DNA of 53,750 nt from the IMG/VR virus record IMGVR_UViG_3300010413_000043, positions 1 through 53,750 of that record; one strand, written 5' to 3'. A program made the position numbers and the translations under genes. The first letter of the stretch is position 1, and the number at the start of each line of letters is the position of its first letter. This document shows positions 1-8,424 of the stretch, piece after piece. The notes beneath the pieces are model-generated. The model did not search any database and was not told where the DNA came from. It worked only from the letters and a program-made list of their open reading frames with translations. Source of the DNA: a virus.

Positions 1-144
1 GACAAAGTAAACGACTATTTCGCGGATCGTGAGCCATTTCAGGAGCTCCACCTCTTGTAATTATATGCGATACATAACCGGACCAATATTGTTGCAATGG
101 TTTAACACATTCCTCACATATTTGTAATTTATTCTCATAACACC
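1..144. repeat. Terminal direct repeat copy 1 (identical to 53607-53750); circular-closure overlap or DTR
   Basis: Compared base by base: 1-144 equals 53607-53750, 144/144. The repeat runs to the window end and lies inside a CDS. Confidence 0.95.
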
Positions 145-340
145 AATGATAATATTTATCATTTGCTTTAACTACAGAACCGGATCCGCCTATTTTACCG
201 AATATTGATTCCTGAATTTCTTTTCTAAGGTCGAATTTAATTGCAAAGCGCGTCCACTGAAATAAAGGATTATAACCTTTGTTTACTTCATCAAAATACT
301 GATCAAGCGTTTCAATTAATTGTAATTGTATTATTTTCAT
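1..340 (-). CDS. HNH endonuclease, 5' part of a gene that wraps the contig junction (continues 53750->53470)
   Basis: ATG at 340-338. MKIIQLQLIETLDQYF...CEECVKPLQQYW joins in frame with ORF 53470-53703, whose listed M is a TTG Leu. CxxC...HIITRG...N...CHKCH pattern. 158 aa on the circle. Confidence 0.7.
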   Translation of the reverse strand, partial: MKIIQLQLIETLDQYFDEVNKGYNPLFQWTRFAIKFDLRKEIQESIFGKIGGSGSVVKANDKYYHWCYENKLQICEECVKPLQQYWSGYVSHIITRGGAPEMAHDPRNSRLLC

Positions 341-359
341 GTCTCGTTTTTTTAAAAGG

Positions 360-379
360 CGGGGGACTGAGTACCCCCG
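360..379 (-). terminator. GC-rich hairpin downstream of CDS 400-1053
   Basis: CGGGGG(360-365)/CCCCCG(374-379) with an 8-nt loop. On the minus strand it is followed by CCTTTT, so the U-run is short. Confidence 0.4.
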
Positions 380-399
380 GAACCAACATAATACACATT

Positions 400-1053
400 T
401 TATTGAGTTATTTTCTCAGTTTTTGCCTTAATTTCTTTAGTGCCTTTTGATTTCACCCGTTTTTTCCCATCTACTAATAAATCAGTGCGAGGTTTTGGAG
501 GATTGAAACCAGGGATTTCAGGATCAGCCCTTACACCTTCGTACCTGTATTCAAAAGATGCCTTAATTAACCGGTTGCAAGCATCCTCCAAATTTGCCTC
601 AGTACCGATCTTGTTAGATGATAACAGGATTTCTTTTGTGCTCAAATTAAGTTTGTGTTTATTATCATCCAGTATTTCGGCATTAATGCTCACTAGCTTA
701 TTATCATCTGACTCCCAGTTTTTAAGATTAATACGTCTGATTTTAATCTTGCTTAAGATAAAATCAAGATGTTTTTTTGTCTTTTCTTTCTGTTCGTCAG
801 TAGCAGCAAACTCTTTTGAATGCACAATTGTATTAAAAGAATCATAACGATGTACCTTTGCAACCGTTAGTTTAAACTCTTCAAAGATATCTTTGAACTC
901 TTTAACAGGCTCCATTGTCATTTCTTCATTAGCGTAAATGTAATCCATTTCCTCGTTACGTATTATTGATACTTGATGCCTCATGGTAACACCACCATTT
1001 TCAATTAATCCAATCGAATGTAATTGATAATTTTCAAATTTAATCTCGTTCAT
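400..1053 (-). CDS. Hypothetical protein (217 aa)
   Basis: Long minus-strand ORF with an ATG start at 1053, tightly packed in the operon. No motif recognised. Confidence 0.7.
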   Translation of the reverse strand: MNEIKFENYQLHSIGLIENGGVTMRHQVSIIRNEEMDYIYANEEMTMEPVKEFKDIFEEFKLTVAKVHRYDSFNTIVHSKEFAATDEQKEKTKKHLDFILSKIKIRRINLKNWESDDNKLVSINAEILDDNKHKLNLSTKEILLSSNKIGTEANLEDACNRLIKASFEYRYEGVRADPEIPGFNPPKPRTDLLVDGKKRVKSKGTKEIKAKTEKITQ

Positions 1054-1067
1054 TGTTTAAATTGTTA

Positions 1068-1307
1068 TTAAATTACTATTCCCTTCCTATTTCCAGAAGA
1101 TTTAATTACAGTTTCTTTTTTTATTTTATTTCTTTTAGCTGGCTTTGCTATTTGCTTATTTTTAGCCAAAATAGCGGCCATTTTTAGACGTTCATCCCTT
1201 CGGCAATCAGAACACTTACCATTTACGTAAAACTGGTATAATACCCCGCAATTTTCGCAATAATAATCAGGCCATTCCGGATTGTACCACTTTGATGTTT
1301 TTTCCAT
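1068..1307 (-). CDS. Small zinc-ribbon protein (79 aa)
   Basis: CENCG...CSDC pair of CxxC motifs followed by a basic tail. ATG at 1307. Confidence 0.6.
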   Translation of the reverse strand: MEKTSKWYNPEWPDYYCENCGVLYQFYVNGKCSDCRRDERLKMAAILAKNKQIAKPAKRNKIKKETVIKSSGNRKGIVI

Positions 1308-1308
1308 A

Positions 1309-1713
1309 TCAAATAACTATAGGATCATCAATATAGAATCCAAAATGTTCTGCTGCAATTTCCTTTGTTTCCTCGATGAAATCACCTAATTCTTTCCATG
1401 TTAATTCAGATATATTTTTATTTCTTGCTGTATTTGTCATCTGATTAACTCTAAACTCAACATGTTTGGGAAGCATTCGTAAACCATTCTTTTTAAAATG
1501 ATCTCTGAACTGAGGATATATAGCTTTTTTAATGTATCCTATTCTTTTACTCTTTCCGTTTTCCGGCAAAACATTAATATTTAACAATAAGTCACACGCT
1601 TTTTTGTTGTTTTTTTCGTATGTCAATTTTACAAACTCATCGAGATCCCTCTTTCCGTATATGACAAGTTCTCCATTATTGTTAATTCTGGCTCTAATAA
1701 ATATTTCGTTCAT
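1309..1713 (-). CDS. Hypothetical protein (134 aa)
   Basis: ORF with an ATG at 1713. ATGA-type overlap with the upstream gene. Confidence 0.65.
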   Translation of the reverse strand: MNEIFIRARINNNGELVIYGKRDLDEFVKLTYEKNNKKACDLLLNINVLPENGKSKRIGYIKKAIYPQFRDHFKKNGLRMLPKHVEFRVNQMTNTARNKNISELTWKELGDFIEETKEIAAEHFGFYIDDPIVI

Positions 1714-2216
1714 GATATGAAATTAGTTAATTCCGTAAATCTTATTATATAGCATTCTACACCTGGGGCGTAAGTTAGTTCTTTTTGTGGAAGTCCTTTT
1801 TCTATATCAATAATTTGCGCAATCATTTTCTCAGTATTCTTTTTATAACCGCGCTGAAAGATGACATAATCATATTTTTGTGTTTCCAGTTTTTTCCAAA
1901 ATGGTTTGATCTCTCTGTATTCTTCCGTTTTCTTCCCTGATTTGATGAGGTCAAACCATTTATGAGTTAATACAAGGTAAAGATAATTAATTTTTTCATT
2001 AGTAATAAATCTTTCTTTTGGAATTGATATATCTATTCCTGTTATTGTCTTAATTGTGGCATGTCCATTTATAAAATTAACATGCCCTGTTACCTCATTC
2101 GTATAACCGTTTTGAGACTTGTATGTTATCTTCTGTAATGTTTTGTAAAAATCTTTTGACTTCATAACCTGATTTTGATTTAAGTTTATTGTTAAAAATC
2201 GGTGTGCAATATTCAT
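1710..2216 (-). CDS. ASCH-domain-like protein (start uncertain: ATG 2216 or 2165)
   Basis: The C-terminal half contains HKWFDLIKSGKKTEEYREIKPFW, resembling the ASCH core (sGkKt.E.R). The 5' end overlaps the upstream CDS by 71-122 nt. Confidence 0.5.
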   Translation of the reverse strand: MNIAHRFLTINLNQNQVMKSKDFYKTLQKITYKSQNGYTNEVTGHVNFINGHATIKTITGIDISIPKERFITNEKINYLYLVLTHKWFDLIKSGKKTEEYREIKPFWKKLETQKYDYVIFQRGYKKNTEKMIAQIIDIEKGLPQKELTYAPGVECYIIRFTELTNFIS

Positions 2217-2631
2217 TAAAATAGCCTACAGGAATACTTTTCCTTAAATCATGATAACTATTTAAATATTCATTTAGCTGTTTTGCAGACATAAACCACG
2301 TTCTTTTATATTTCCTGAAATTAACTACATATCCGGAAATTATTCCATCAAACAGGCCAGCATTGTATAAATCTTCTTTCTTTTTCATGCTGCTTTTTTT
2401 ATTCTCATAGAAAATATTGCTATATGATAAGCTGGTATCAGCAATACTTTTTAATTCAAGTATGAAAAGAGTTCTGTTAAAGAATATCTCACAGTCTGCA
2501 ATGTTGTACATTTGAAATCTTACATTATCATTCTTTTCAAAGCTAGCTGTCCCATCTCGGAATCTATAAAAAAAGACATCTGATGGTACCGAGTTTTTAA
2601 AATCCTGTTCAAATTTTTTGCCTTGGTTCAT
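2095..2631 (-). CDS. recU: RecU-like Holliday-junction resolvase / PD-(D/E)XK nuclease
   Basis: N-terminal GKKFEQDF, then D-x-ELKS (DCEIFFNRTLFILELKS) and a C-terminal RKSIP, a pattern resembling RecU. 178 aa. Confidence 0.55.
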   Translation of the reverse strand: MNQGKKFEQDFKNSVPSDVFFYRFRDGTASFEKNDNVRFQMYNIADCEIFFNRTLFILELKSIADTSLSYSNIFYENKKSSMKKKEDLYNAGLFDGIISGYVVNFRKYKRTWFMSAKQLNEYLNSYHDLRKSIPVGYFNEYCTPIFNNKLKSKSGYEVKRFLQNITEDNIQVSKRLYE

Positions 2632-2710
2632 AGCTGATAAATAATATTATAATTTAATTCTTTCGCTATATGCAATTCAAGGCTTGCGCCTTTAGATCCG
2701 TTCCATCCTT

Positions 2711-3031
2711 TCATAATTCTTTGATTTCTTTTTCTATTTGTTCTTTTTCCTTAGTGTAGTAATCAGATAACATAATTTTTATCTGATTTATAAGTTCTAT
2801 ATTTTCAATTCTAAGCTCAACATGATAACCAACAAATTCAGTGTATTGACATAATTCAATAACATTTATTGATTTCATGTTTTTTAACATCTTATCAACT
2901 ACTGAAAGTCTTCTATTAAGCTGTTTTCCTTTCTCGAAATTGTAAGCTTTATCAAAATAATCTTTTAACTGATTATCTTCTTCATTAGATTGAATGTTTT
3001 CTTTCTTCTTAAAAATGTTTCTTAGTTTCAT
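2711..3031 (-). CDS. Hypothetical coiled-coil protein (106 aa)
   Basis: ORF with an ATG at 3031. K/E-rich. Confidence 0.6.
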   Translation of the reverse strand: MKLRNIFKKKENIQSNEEDNQLKDYFDKAYNFEKGKQLNRRLSVVDKMLKNMKSINVIELCQYTEFVGYHVELRIENIELINQIKIMLSDYYTKEKEQIEKEIKEL

Positions 3032-3033
3032 AA

Positions 3034-3471
3034 TTATTTAATTTTTATTCCTTGAACTTTAAGTGAAAAAAGCATTTCATTTTCTTTTTTTGCTAATCTC
3101 CTACGAGCTTTCTCAGGGGCATCATATCGTAAATGGCACCTTTGACAAGCAGCTTTTAAACGTTCATCCTTTACATCGTGATTTTCCTCATCGTGATCAA
3201 GATGTGCAATTGTGAGTACTATTTTAATTATCTTATAACCGTCCTGTTCTGCCTCTTCAGCTTCAATATCTCCATGATGACTCTTTTCAATTAAAATAAA
3301 TTCATCATCTTTCCAGTAACCGATTTCATAATTATGCACTTTTCCGCACATTTCGCATTTAGCTTCATGGATAATGTTTCCGTTATTATCTCTTCTTTGT
3401 CCGGCTCTTATTAAGATTCTTTCTCTTATTTCTTGCCAGTTTTCAGGGTATCTTTTATAATCTATCGGCAT
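3034..3471 (-). CDS. HNH endonuclease
   Basis: CEMCGK...HLDHDEENHD...N...CQRCH motif. I set the start at the ATG at 3471 (MPIDYKRYPENW), just after the dnaB stop at 3473. Confidence 0.75.
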   Translation of the reverse strand: MPIDYKRYPENWQEIRERILIRAGQRRDNNGNIIHEAKCEMCGKVHNYEIGYWKDDEFILIEKSHHGDIEAEEAEQDGYKIIKIVLTIAHLDHDEENHDVKDERLKAACQRCHLRYDAPEKARRRLAKKENEMLFSLKVQGIKIK

Positions 3472-3472
3472 A

Positions 3473-4882
3473 TTAAAAAGGATTATCAGTGTTTTCAATT
3501 TCTTTTTGTTCTGGATCTTTATTTTCTCCGAATACTTGGTTTTCTGGTTCCATTTCCTCAATACTTCTCTCGACAATATCTGACCAGTTTTTCGATCTCC
3601 AAAATGAGAAATCAGCTAAAGGTCCGTTTCGATGTTTAGCAATAATAAACTCTATCTTTTGTTTAGTCGAATTTCCTTCATGATCTTCAAGTATTCCGTA
3701 ATATTCAGGACGATGAATAAAGGCTACTATATCTGCATCTTGTTCTAGCGAACCTGATTCACGTAAATCAGATAACTGAGGCCGTTTATCGGATCTCATT
3801 TCTACCTGTCTACTCAATTGTGCAAGTGAAATAATAGGAATATCAAGTTCCTTAGCTGTTGCCTTTAGGCTTGCTGATATTTCTGCAATCTCTCTTTCTC
3901 TATCTCTTTTACCAGGTGCCCGCATTAATTGTAAGTAATCAACAATAATCATATCAATATTATGCTCATATTTCATGTTCATTGCCTTTGCCCTGAATTC
4001 AATAACACTAATTCTAGGTGTATCATCAATGTAAATTCCCATATCCTCAATTCTGGCCTGAGCATATTCAATTTTTGACCAATCCAACTCATTCAATTCT
4101 CCGGATCTAAATTTACCATTCTCAATTCCTGTTTCACTCGATAAAAGTCTCCTGTAAAGTGATTCTTTGCTCATTTCAAGTGAAAAGAATCCTACTTTAT
4201 TATTAAATTTTGTTGGATTAATAGCAAATTTTAAGGCTAAACTCGTTTTCCCCATCGAAGGTCTCGCCCCAATTATTATTAAATCCTGTTGTTGCCATCC
4301 CCCTGTTATTCTGTCAAGTTTTTTAAAACCAGAAGTAACACCATTTATCCCTCCTTTATTTTCTATATGCTCAATTCTCTTTAATTCTTTAGCCCCGATT
4401 TGTCCTATATGCTCATAAGAACCTGTTGTTACATTATTAACTAAGTCATATAAACCCCTCTGAGTTTCGTTTAATATATCATCAATATCATACTCAGGAT
4501 CATAAGCTTTTTGTTGTGTTTCATGTGAAATCCTTATTAATTCCCGGCTTAACCATTTTTGTTTAATGAAGTAAGAATGTTCAACAATATGAGCAGATGA
4601 AAGAACATTATCAGTTAAAGATTGAATGTATACTGGTCCGCCGATTTCTTCAAGAGCTTTATTTTTATTTAGCTGTTCATATACAGTTAATAAGTCAATA
4701 GGTTTATTATTTAAGAATAATTGTTGTATTGCCTTATATATCTTTTGATGTTCATATTTATAGAAATTTTCAGGCTCAAGAATAGAAGCAATTTTTAAGA
4801 TTGCTTTTTTTTCCATTATAATAGCTCCTAAAACAGCCTTCTCTATCTCAATATTTTGAGGTGGTAATTTTCCTAGTTCCAT
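3473..4882 (-). CDS. dnaB: Replicative DNA helicase DnaB
   Basis: LPPQNIEIEKAVLGAII N-terminal domain, Walker A GARPSMGKTSLAL, IIVDYLQLM, and an arginine-finger region. The alternative start at 4906 would overlap the upstream gene. Confidence 0.92.
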   Translation of the reverse strand: MELGKLPPQNIEIEKAVLGAIIMEKKAILKIASILEPENFYKYEHQKIYKAIQQLFLNNKPIDLLTVYEQLNKNKALEEIGGPVYIQSLTDNVLSSAHIVEHSYFIKQKWLSRELIRISHETQQKAYDPEYDIDDILNETQRGLYDLVNNVTTGSYEHIGQIGAKELKRIEHIENKGGINGVTSGFKKLDRITGGWQQQDLIIIGARPSMGKTSLALKFAINPTKFNNKVGFFSLEMSKESLYRRLLSSETGIENGKFRSGELNELDWSKIEYAQARIEDMGIYIDDTPRISVIEFRAKAMNMKYEHNIDMIIVDYLQLMRAPGKRDREREIAEISASLKATAKELDIPIISLAQLSRQVEMRSDKRPQLSDLRESGSLEQDADIVAFIHRPEYYGILEDHEGNSTKQKIEFIIAKHRNGPLADFSFWRSKNWSDIVERSIEEMEPENQVFGENKDPEQKEIENTDNPF

Positions 4883-4883
4883 A

Positions 4884-5684
4884 TTAACTCCATTTATATC
4901 CATCATCTCCGTTAAATATTAGTGGGTTCCTTTGTGGTTTTTTTGTTTCCTCTTTTTTGCTTAATCGCTTTAAATCAGATTGCATTTTAGCCAGAAACTT
5001 ATCGTAATACATTACCCCTTCTTTGTCTTTTTTTCTGATTTTTAATAAAGATAAGAAATTAGGGGACCAAAGTTCATCATTGCGAGCAAATTTAATAACC
5101 TCGCAAATCTCTTTTAAATCTCTATTATCTTGTTCAATAAGTAAACGGATACAATCTTTCCATTTAATCTCCTTATCTTCTGTATTAGGTAAGTTTCTTT
5201 CAGGAAATAGTTTTAAAGTCCAATTGAAAATTTTAATAACTGGCTCCTCAAATGTAGTTTGAGGATCTTCATTTGGTTTACTATCTTGTTTATTATCTGG
5301 TATAGGTTTGGCAATTTCGCCTTTTCCATTTGGCAAATTTGCCAATTGGATTCGTGTAAATTGCAAAATGGCACCATATCTATCAATGAAAATATCTGAG
5401 AATGTATACCATTTTGTCCTATCATATTGAACATTATTGTAATTACCTGATATTAAAATATCATTACTAACTAATTTTTCTAATATTCTCCTGATTTGAT
5501 CACCTGTAAGATATGGAAATAATTCTTTAAAAGATTTAACTGAATTATATGACCAAAATTTTCCATCATAAAAATGCTTATTATTTGCTGCATTTTTTGA
5601 TAACCAAAAATCAAAATTATTAATTAAAATAGCCTGTTGAATGTCGTATTGAGTGGCTAACTCGATATTGAATGAGTGCTCCAT
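4884..5684 (-). CDS. Putative replication organiser / helicase-loader-like protein
   Basis: Immediately upstream of dnaB and coupled to it. The N-terminus has a winged-helix-like segment (LTGDQIRRILEKLVSNDIL). Assignment is by position only. Confidence 0.35.
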   Translation of the reverse strand: MEHSFNIELATQYDIQQAILINNFDFWLSKNAANNKHFYDGKFWSYNSVKSFKELFPYLTGDQIRRILEKLVSNDILISGNYNNVQYDRTKWYTFSDIFIDRYGAILQFTRIQLANLPNGKGEIAKPIPDNKQDSKPNEDPQTTFEEPVIKIFNWTLKLFPERNLPNTEDKEIKWKDCIRLLIEQDNRDLKEICEVIKFARNDELWSPNFLSLLKIRKKDKEGVMYYDKFLAKMQSDLKRLSKKEETKKPQRNPLIFNGDDGYKWS

Positions 5685-5717
5685 AACAATCCTTTTTTAT
5701 TAAATCCTTTTTAAAGT

Positions 5718-5760
5718 AAAAAAAGGAAGGAGAAAGGATTTTTAAACCTTCCTTTTTTTT
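5718..5760 (-). terminator. Hairpin plus U-run between the small ORF and the replication genes
   Basis: GGAAGG(5725-5730)/CCTTCC(5747-5752) with a 16-nt loop. It is flanked by A-run and T-run, so it reads as a terminator on both strands. Confidence 0.5.
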
Positions 5761-5797
5761 AATATATCAGCCGGTGCGCTTTCGGCCTTTGGTTTTA

Positions 5798-5828
5798 CAA
5801 ATATAGTTTAAATATCCAGACTATCAAA
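5798..5828 (-). promoter_or_regulatory. Full-consensus Bacteroidota-type promoter (TTTG-N19-TATATTTG)
   Basis: On the minus strand, TTTG (5828-5825), a 19-nt spacer, then TATATTTG (5805-5798). Spacing matches the three early cassettes. Confidence 0.55.
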
Positions 5829-5987
5829 AAGTTTTAATATTCTGATAGCAGAAACAAATTCAATTTCAAGCCTTTTAGCATTAGCATGTTTCTCAGGGTG
5901 TACTTTAGGATCATACTCTTCGACCTGTTTTCTTATTTCCGTTAAGTCAACCTCTAGGCTTAATATACAATTCTCGTGTTTTAACAT
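5808..5987 (-). CDS. Small hypothetical protein (59 aa, below the ORF-track cutoff)
   Basis: I translated it by hand: MLKHENCILSLEVDLTEIRKQVEEYDPKVHPEKHANAKRLEIEFVSAIRILKLFDSLDI. ATG at 5987, TAA at 5810-5808. It fills an otherwise empty gap. Confidence 0.45.
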   Translation of the reverse strand: MLKHENCILSLEVDLTEIRKQVEEYDPKVHPEKHANAKRLEIEFVSAIRILKLFDSLDI

Positions 5988-6011
5988 TATGTTGAATTTT
6001 TAGTAAGTTAA

Positions 6012-6428
6012 TTAAAATGGCAAATCATCTTCTATATTTTCTTGCTGATTAGCAACATTATTCGCATTGTTATTATCACTTTGCGAATTATTTTCGCTTT
6101 GTTTGCTACCTAGCATCTGAACGGTTTGGCATATTATCTCAGTAGTGTAATGTTTAACACCATCTTTATCATCCCACGACCTGGTATGCAAAAAACCTTC
6201 AATATAAAGTTGCATTCCTTTTTTGAAATACTTTTCTGCGACATCTGCAAGCTTATTCTTAATAACAATATTATGCCATTCTGTATGAGTTACTTTTTCG
6301 CCTTGCTTATTTGTATAATTCATGCTAGTTGCAACGCGAAAGTTTGCAATTTTGCCGCCATTTTCAAAGGTTTTTATTTCAGGATCAGCTCCTAAATGTC
6401 CAACGATTATTGATTTATTTATGCTCAT
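6012..6428 (-). CDS. ssb: Single-stranded DNA-binding protein
   Basis: MSINKSIIVGHLGADPEIKTF...WHNIV OB-fold pattern, an N/Q-rich linker and an acidic DDLPF C-terminal tip. Start set at the internal ATG at 6428. Confidence 0.9.
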   Translation of the reverse strand: MSINKSIIVGHLGADPEIKTFENGGKIANFRVATSMNYTNKQGEKVTHTEWHNIVIKNKLADVAEKYFKKGMQLYIEGFLHTRSWDDKDGVKHYTTEIICQTVQMLGSKQSENNSQSDNNNANNVANQQENIEDDLPF

Positions 6429-7125
6429 TTTCGTTATTATTTTTATTGCTGTTAATAATTCTGTAAACTGATGCAATATGAAGCGAAAACATTTGCGAAA
6501 TTTCTTTCGCACTTTTTCCTTCCTGAGAGAGTTTTATTATTCTTTTGTTTCTTTCTTCTATAGAAAATAAATCATCCGGTTTTATTGGTTCATAATTAAT
6601 ATTATCTGATTCATCTTTTATAAAAAGATCTATAGTTGATAAATTCCTTATAATAGATTCACCGAAAGATTCAGAATCTTTTATTGATTGTTTACTATAA
6701 AGATTTTTTTCTTTTTCACTCAATACAAATCCTTTATTTTCATCTTTCAACTTAATATAAGCATACATTATAATAATAAAGCCTGAATATAGCCCATAAT
6801 AAACAGAGGCAAACCATTTCCAAACGTTCTCTATTAATTCTGTGTTGTTATAAAGAAATACACCGATCGTTTCTAAAATGGCCGTTAAAATGACAAATAA
6901 CCAGAATAAACGATCTTTCCTATCGAGTAAAGCAATTATTATTGTTGTTACGATTCCGAAAGCTGCCCCGAAAAGATAAGGAACCAATAATTTAAGATCA
7001 TACCCGAATAAGATAAATAGTTTCGAATCCTTCCCGGGATCAAGAGAGTGCAAAAACTTGCTGTGAGTTATAAAAAGGAATAGGGCTATGAATATTAGCC
7101 CTATCACATAAAGTACCTTTTTCAT
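6415..7125 (-). CDS. Membrane protein with a C-terminal helix-turn-helix
   Basis: About 4 hydrophobic helices in the first 125 aa. The C-terminus (IIKLSQEGKSAKEISQMFSLHIASVYRIINS) resembles a sigma70-r4/resolvase-type HTH. Confidence 0.55.
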   Translation of the reverse strand: MKKVLYVIGLIFIALFLFITHSKFLHSLDPGKDSKLFILFGYDLKLLVPYLFGAAFGIVTTIIIALLDRKDRLFWLFVILTAILETIGVFLYNNTELIENVWKWFASVYYGLYSGFIIIMYAYIKLKDENKGFVLSEKEKNLYSKQSIKDSESFGESIIRNLSTIDLFIKDESDNINYEPIKPDDLFSIEERNKRIIKLSQEGKSAKEISQMFSLHIASVYRIINSNKNNNENEHK

Positions 7126-7811
7126 AGAATTATCTGTTTTTGAAGTTCATCAGCACTCTCAATAATATTTTTTATTTGATAAGTTGCATAAGAGTGAAAA
7201 TTTGTTCCTTCGATTTCAGGAATTTCAATCGCTGAAAGATCGGCAATGAATTTACATAAGCATTCAATTTTAGCATTATTACAAAACTCAGTTACAATCT
7301 TTTCGTTATCATTATTAGTAACAGAATCATTTTTGTCATCGAACAAATCGTTAGCCTCTTGCTTTTCTTTCTCAATAGCTGCTAATTTTTCCCTCAATAA
7401 CCTGTTTTCTTCCTCTGCCTTTTTTTTCTCTTCCTCAAGCTTTTTATTTTCTGCCTCAATTATGGCTAATACCTCAGCCTCTTTGCGCTTTTTTTCTGCT
7501 TCAAGATAAACATCACGCACCGATTTTTGAGCCTTTAGATGGCTTTCAATTGGCTCAATTAAATCGAGAAGTCTTTTCGATTCATTATCAATTTCTCGTT
7601 TAAGCTCTTTACGTTTTGAATCAATGCCGGTTCTAGTAGATACAACTTGCTTTAGAGCTTCTTTAACTTTGTCGTAACCTTCGACATCATCCTTATCTTT
7701 TACCGTAAACTTAAGAAATTCATCACTTGCTTTTTTTATCTGTTGGTCGGGTGATAAAGCAAGCTCTTTACTCAATTTGTCAATTCTTTCTGAAAATTTA
7801 CTCTTTTTCAT
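7122..7811 (-). CDS. Coiled-coil hypothetical protein
   Basis: K/E-rich coiled coil. The ORF-track start at 7835 is GTG, so I prefer the ATG at 7811 (MKKSKFSE). Confidence 0.6.
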   Translation of the reverse strand: MKKSKFSERIDKLSKELALSPDQQIKKASDEFLKFTVKDKDDVEGYDKVKEALKQVVSTRTGIDSKRKELKREIDNESKRLLDLIEPIESHLKAQKSVRDVYLEAEKKRKEAEVLAIIEAENKKLEEEKKKAEEENRLLREKLAAIEKEKQEANDLFDDKNDSVTNNDNEKIVTEFCNNAKIECLCKFIADLSAIEIPEIEGTNFHSYATYQIKNIIESADELQKQIIL

Positions 7812-7821
7812 TTCGTTTTTT

Positions 7822-8424
7822 TTATATGATTCCACGTTTTTGTAATTCTAAGTAGCACCGCTCAGTTGCCAGAACATCATCCTTACTATTATGAGCGTTG
7901 AAAGTTTCATTGAAAAGCTTAAAGTATAACTCTTCAAGACGGGGCCATTTTAAACCTCCATAATTACTAGGAATGTTGCAAAACTTAATTGATTTCATCA
8001 TCGTATCGATACGCTTATCTTTATCTAAAGTTTCAAGCATATTATCGAACATTATTTTTGATTTTCTCCGGTCCTCAAATTTTGAAATGATTCTAATGTA
8101 ATTAGCTTTTACAATAGAAGTATCAAAATTAATATTATGTCCGATTAAAAAATCTGCCTGGTAAGCATCATAAAGAAATTCATTCATAACTCCGTCAATT
8201 CTTACCCCTTCCTTTAATGCTCTTTCGGTTGTTATTCCGTGAACTTTTGAGGCTGATTCCGGTATTTCGTAACCATTAGGCTTTATAATGTAATCTTTTA
8301 CATATTCAGATCCCAAAACTTTCCAAGATAATTGTACTATATGTGGAAAATCTTTCCAGTTTTCACGCCATTTATGACCTTTTTTTGGTAAACCTGTTGT
8401 TTCAGTATCAAATATTATTATCAT
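7822..8424 (-). CDS. DEDDh 3'-5' exonuclease (DnaQ-like)
   Basis: Exo I IIFDTETTGL, Exo II GHNINFD, Exo III HNSKDDVLAT. Confidence 0.85.
   Translation of the reverse strand: MIIIFDTETTGLPKKGHKWRENWKDFPHIVQLSWKVLGSEYVKDYIIKPNGYEIPESASKVHGITTERALKEGVRIDGVMNEFLYDAYQADFLIGHNINFDTSIVKANYIRIISKFEDRRKSKIMFDNMLETLDKDKRIDTMMKSIKFCNIPSNYGGLKWPRLEELYFKLFNETFNAHNSKDDVLATERCYLELQKRGII

Noticed and set aside
440-847. Plus-strand ORFs throughout the track, for example 241-450, 440-847, 18062-18391, 33058-33477, 44088-44603, 44652-45011 and 52295-52564.
   Set aside because: All lie antisense to longer minus-strand ORFs with recognisable motifs or operon packing. Their products are low-complexity (S/F/L/I-rich), and several start at TTG. 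ORF 52295-52564 runs straight through promoter cassette 3 and a terminator.
2660-2690. Small hairpin AAGGC-TTGC-GCCTT after the stop of 2711-3031, considered as a terminator.
   Set aside because: It has only a 5-bp stem and no U-run on either strand, and it sits in the middle of a tightly coupled operon. That is insufficient evidence.
7015-7045. tRNA-like TTCGAATCC T-loop motif.
   Set aside because: No complementary T-stem or acceptor stem can be drawn around it, and it lies inside CDS 6415-7125. I found no other GGTTCGAATCC-type motifs in the spacers.
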